The position numbers were made by a program, and so were the translations under genes. This document shows positions 49,301 to 53,559 of a stretch of DNA of 53,559 bases, one piece after another (the stretch's first letter is position 1; each line of letters starts with the position of its first letter). The stretch is from Nemertoderma westbladi (Eukaryota > Animalia > Xenacoelomorpha): NCBI GenBank assembly GCA_032718475.1, contig JAUCBJ010005103.1, positions 1-53,559 on the forward strand. Direction: 5' to 3'. The notes beneath the pieces are model-generated. The model ran no database searches. It was not told where the DNA came from and saw only the letters and a program-made list of their open reading frames with translations.

Positions 49301-52300
49301 CAAGGGTTAAGTGCATGGGCCATTGTAGGATACAGAGTTCGTAGCGCAACTCAAGGGTTCAGTGCATGGGCCGTTGTAGGATGTAGGAAGCAGAGTTCGT
49401 AGCGCAACTCAAGGGTTCAGTACACGGACCGTTGTAGGATACAGAGTTTGTAGCGCAACTCAAGGGTTCAGTGCTTGGACCGCTGTAGGATACAGAGTTC
49501 GTAGCGCAACTCAAGGGTTCAGTGTATGGACCGATGTAGGATACAGAGTTCGTAGCGCAACTCAAGGGTTCAGTGCATGGACCGTTGTAGGATAAAGAGT
49601 TCGTAGCGCAACTCAAGGGTTCAGTGCATGGGCCGTTGTAGGATACAGAGTTCGTAGCGCAACTCAAGGGTTCAGTGTATGGACCGATGTAGGATACAGA
49701 GTTCGTAGCGCAACTCAAGGGTTCAGTGTATGGACCGTTGTAGGATACAGAGTTCGTAGCGCAACTCAAGGGTTCAGTGCATGGGCCGTTGTAGGATGTA
49801 GGAAGCAGAGTTCGTAGCGCAACTCAAGGGTTCAGTGCTTGGACCGCTGTAGGATACAGAGTTCGTAGCGCAACTCAAGGGTTCAGTGTATGGACCGATG
49901 TAGGATACAGAGTTCGTAGCGCAACTCAAGGGTTCAGTGCATGGACCGTTGTAGGATAACAGAGTTCGTAGCGCAACTCAAGGGTTCAGTGCATGGGCCG
50001 TTGTAGGATACAGAGTTCGTAGCGCAACTCAAGGGTTCAGTGCATGGACCGTTGTAGGATACAGAGTTCGTAGCGCAACTCAAGGGTTCAGTGCATGGAC
50101 CGTTGTAGGATACAGAGTTCGTAGCGCAACTCAAGGGTTCAGTGCATGGGCCGTTGTAGGATGTAGGAAGCAGAGTTCGTAGCGCAACTCAAGGGTTCAG
50201 TGCATGGACCGTTGTAGGATACAGAGTTCGTAGCGCAACTCAAGGGTTCAGTGCATGGACCGTTGTAGGATACAGAGTTCGTAGCGCAACTCAAGGGTTC
50301 AGTGCATGGGCCGTTGTAGGATGTAGGAAGCAGAGTTCGTAGCGCAACTCAAGGGTTCAGTGCATGGACCGTTGTAGGATACAGAGTTCGTAGCGCAACT
50401 CAAGGGTTCAGTACACGGACCGTTGTAGGATACAGAGTTCGTAGCGCAACTCAAGGGTTCAGTGCATGGACCGTTGTAGGATACAGAGTTCGTAGCGCAA
50501 CTCAAGGGTTCAGTGCATGGACCGTTGTAGGATACAGAGTTCGTAGCGCAACTCAAGGGTTCAGTGCATGGACCGTTGTAGGATACAGAGTTCGTAGCGC
50601 AACTCAAGGGTTCAGTGCATGGGCCGTTGTAGGATGTAGGAAGCAGAGTTCGTAGCGCAACTCAAGGGTTCAGTGCATGGACCGTTGTAGGATACAGAGT
50701 TCGTAGCGCAACTCAAGGGTTCAGTGCATGGGCCGTTGTAGGATGTAGGAAGCAGAGTTCGTAGCGCAACTCAAGGGTTCAGTGCACGGACCGTTGTAGG
50801 ATACAGAGTTCGTAGCGCAACTCAAGGGTTCAGTGCATGGACCGTTGTAGGATACAGAGTTTGTAGCGCAACTCAAGGGTTCAGTGCATGGACCGTTGTA
50901 GGATACAGAGTTCGTAGCGCAACTCAAGGGTTCAGTGCATGGACCGTTGTAGGATACAGAGTTCGTAGCGCAACTCAAGGGTTCAGTGCTTGGACCGTTG
51001 TAGGATACAGAGTTTGTAGCGCAACTCAAGGGTTCAGTGCTTGGACCGTTGTAGGATACAGAGTTCGTAGCGCAACTCAAGGGTTCAGTGCATGGACCGT
51101 TGTAGGATACAGAGTTCGTAGCGCAACTCAAGGGTTCAGTGCATGGGCCGTTGTAGGATGTAGGAAGCAGAGTTCGTAGCGCAACTCAAGGGTTCAGTGC
51201 ACGGACCGTTGTAGGATACAGAGTTCGTAGCGCAACTCAAGGGTTCAGTGCATGGACCGTTGTAGGATACAGAGTTCGTAGCGCAACTCAAGGGTTCAGT
51301 GCATGGACCGTTGTAGGATACAGAGTTCGTAGCGCAACTCAAGGGTTCAGTACACGGACCGTTGTAGGATACAGAGTTCGTAGCGCAACTCAAGGGTTCA
51401 GTGCATGGGCCGTTGTAGGATGTAGGAAGCAGAGTTCGTAGCGCAACTCAAGGGTTCAGTGCATGGGCCGTTGTAGGATACAGAGATCGCAGCGCAACTC
51501 AAGGGTTCAGTGCATGGACCGTTGTAGGATACAGAGTTCGTAGCGCAACTCAAGGGTTCAGTGCATGGGCCGTTGTAGGATGTAGGAAGCAGAGTTCGTA
51601 GCGCAACTCAAGGGTTCAGTGCATGGGCCGTTGTAGGATACAGAGTTCGTAGCGCAACTCAAGGGTTCAGTGCATGGGCCGTTGTAGGATGTAGGAAGCA
51701 GAGTTCGTAGCGCAACTCAAGGGTTCAGTGCATGGACCGTTGTAGGATACAGAGTTCGTAGCGCAACTCAAGGGTTCAGTGCATGGACCGTTGTAGGATA
51801 CAGAGTTCGTAGCGCAACTCAAGGGTTCAGTGCATGGGCCGTTGTAGGATACAGAGTTCGTAGCGCAACTCAAGGGTTCAGTGCATGGGCCGTTGTAGGA
51901 TACAGAGTTCGTAGCGCAACTCAAGGGTTCAGTGCACGGACCGTTGTAGGATACAGAGTTCGTAGCGCAACTCAAGGGTTCAGTGCATGGACCGTTGTAG
52001 GATACAGAGTTCGTAGCGCAACTCAAGGGTTCAGTACATGGACCGTTGTAGGATACAGAGTTCGTAGCGCAACTCAAGGGTTCAGTGCATGGGCCGTTGT
52101 AGGATAACAGAGTTCGTAGCGCAACTCAAGGGTTCAGTGCATGGACCGTTGTAGGATAAAGAGTTCGTAGCGCAACTCAAGGGTTCAGTGCATGGACCGT
52201 TGTAGGATACAGAGTTCGTAGCGCAACTCAAGGGTTCAGTGCATGGGCCGTTGTAGGATGTAGGAAGCAGAGTTCGTAGCGCAACTCAAGGGTTCAGTGC

Positions 52301-53559
52301 ATGGGCCGTTGTAGGATAACAGAGTTCGTAGCGCAACTCAAGGGTTCAGTGCATGGGCCGTTGTAGGATGTAGGAAGCAGAGTTCGTAGCGCAACTCAAG
52401 GGTTCAGTGCATGGACCGTTGTAGGATACAGAGTTCGTAGCGCAACTCAAGGGTTCAGTGCATGGGCCGTTGTAGGATGTAGGAAGCAGAGTTCGTAGCG
52501 CAACTCAAGGGTTCAGTGCATGGACCGTTGTAGGATACAGAGTTCGTAGCGCAACTCAAGGGTTCAGTGCATGGACCGTTGTAGGATACAGAGTTCGTAG
52601 CGCAACTCAAGGGTTCAGTGCATGGACCGTTGTAGGATACAGAGTTCGTAGCGCAACTCAAGGGTTCAGTGCATGGGCCGTTGTAGGATACAGAGTTCGT
52701 AGCGCAACTCAAGGGTTCAGTGCATGGACCGTTGTAGGATACAGAGTTCGCAGCGCAACTCAAGGGTTCAGTGCATGGGCCGTTGTAGGATACAGAGTTC
52801 GTAGCGCAACTCAAGGGTTCAGTGCATGGGCCGTTGTAGGATGTAGGAAGCAGAGTTCGTAGCGCAACTCAAGGGTTCAGTGCATGGACCGTTGTAGGAT
52901 ACAGAGTTTGTAGCGCAACTCAAGGGTTAAGTGCATGGGCCTTGTAGGATACAGAGTTCTAGCGCAACTGAAGGTTTCAGTGCATGGGCCGTTGTAGGAT
53001 GTAAGGAAGCAGAGTTCGTAGCGCAACTCAAGGGTTCAGTGCATGGACCGTTGTAGGATACAGAGTTTGTAGCGCAACTCAAGGGTTAAGTGCATGGGCC
53101 ATTGTAGGATACAGAGTTCGTAGCGCAACTCAAGGGTTCAGTGCATGGGCCGTTGTAGGATGTAGGAAGCAGAGTTTGTAGCGCAACTCAAGGGTTCAGT
53201 GCATGGACCGTTGTAGGATACAGAGTTCGTAGCGCAACTCAAGGGTTCAGTGCATGGGCCGTTGTAGGATGTAGGAAGCAGAGTTTGTAGCGCAACTCAA
53301 GGGTTCAGTGCTTGGGCCATTGTAGGATACAGAGTTCGTAGCGCAACTCAAGGGTTCAGTACAAAGACCGCTGTAGGATACAGAGTTCGTAGCGCAACTC
53401 AAGGGTTCAGTGCACGGACCGTTGTAGGATACAGAGTTCGTAGCGCAACTCAAGGGTTCAGTGCATGGACCGTTGTAGGATACAGAGTTCGTAGCGCAAC
53501 TCAAGGGTTCAGTACATGGACCGTTGTAGGATACAGAGTTCGTAGCGCAACTCAAGGGT
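40333..53559. repeat. Tandem satellite 3, 51 bp unit (cagagttcgtagcgcaactcaagggttcagtgcatggaccgttgtaggata) with an interspersed 58 bp variant; about 250 copies, running off the window end
   Basis: Directly visible. The 58 bp units carry ggatgtaggaagcagag. The array accounts for all ORFs beyond 40280. Confidence 0.98.

Noticed and set aside
40280-53555. Dozens of repeat ORFs as a real Cys-rich repeat protein
   Set aside because: Frames are broken every few units by 58 bp and other indel variants, the starts are mostly non-ATG, and openness follows from a 51 bp stop-free unit.
436-53559. CRISPR-like appearance of the three regularly spaced arrays
   Set aside because: Units are contiguous with no unique spacers, there are no cas genes, and the context is eukaryotic.

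Overview
Eukaryotic, AT-rich, repeat-dense window, most likely from an invertebrate animal genome (inferred from spliceosomal GT-AG introns, EGF-repeat exons and metazoan-type transposons). About 29 kb of the 53.6 kb is three tandem satellites with 44, 41 and 51/58 bp units. A minus-strand host gene missed by the ORF track can be assembled from five phase-compatible exons (20278-19937, 17739-17659, 5287-5209, 5123-4935, 3832-3681). It encodes a divergent cadherin-like segment followed by MEGF10/Draper-type EGF repeats. One 12.4 kb intron is about 99% satellite, and the array overlaps the 5' splice site. The middle of the window is a transposon graveyard. It holds three RTE-clade LINE fragments, a nested DNA transposon > Sola1-like element > LINE structure with intact TSDs, and a full-length Mag-clade Gypsy element (202 bp LTRs, 5 bp TSD) inserted in a MITE. 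It also holds HINE-like and tRNA-SINE-like relics and clusters of TA-NNN-TA sequences resembling Tc1/mariner excision footprints. No CRISPR array, rRNA or intact tRNA was found. All coordinates and counts were read by eye; family assignments rest on motif recognition, not database searches.
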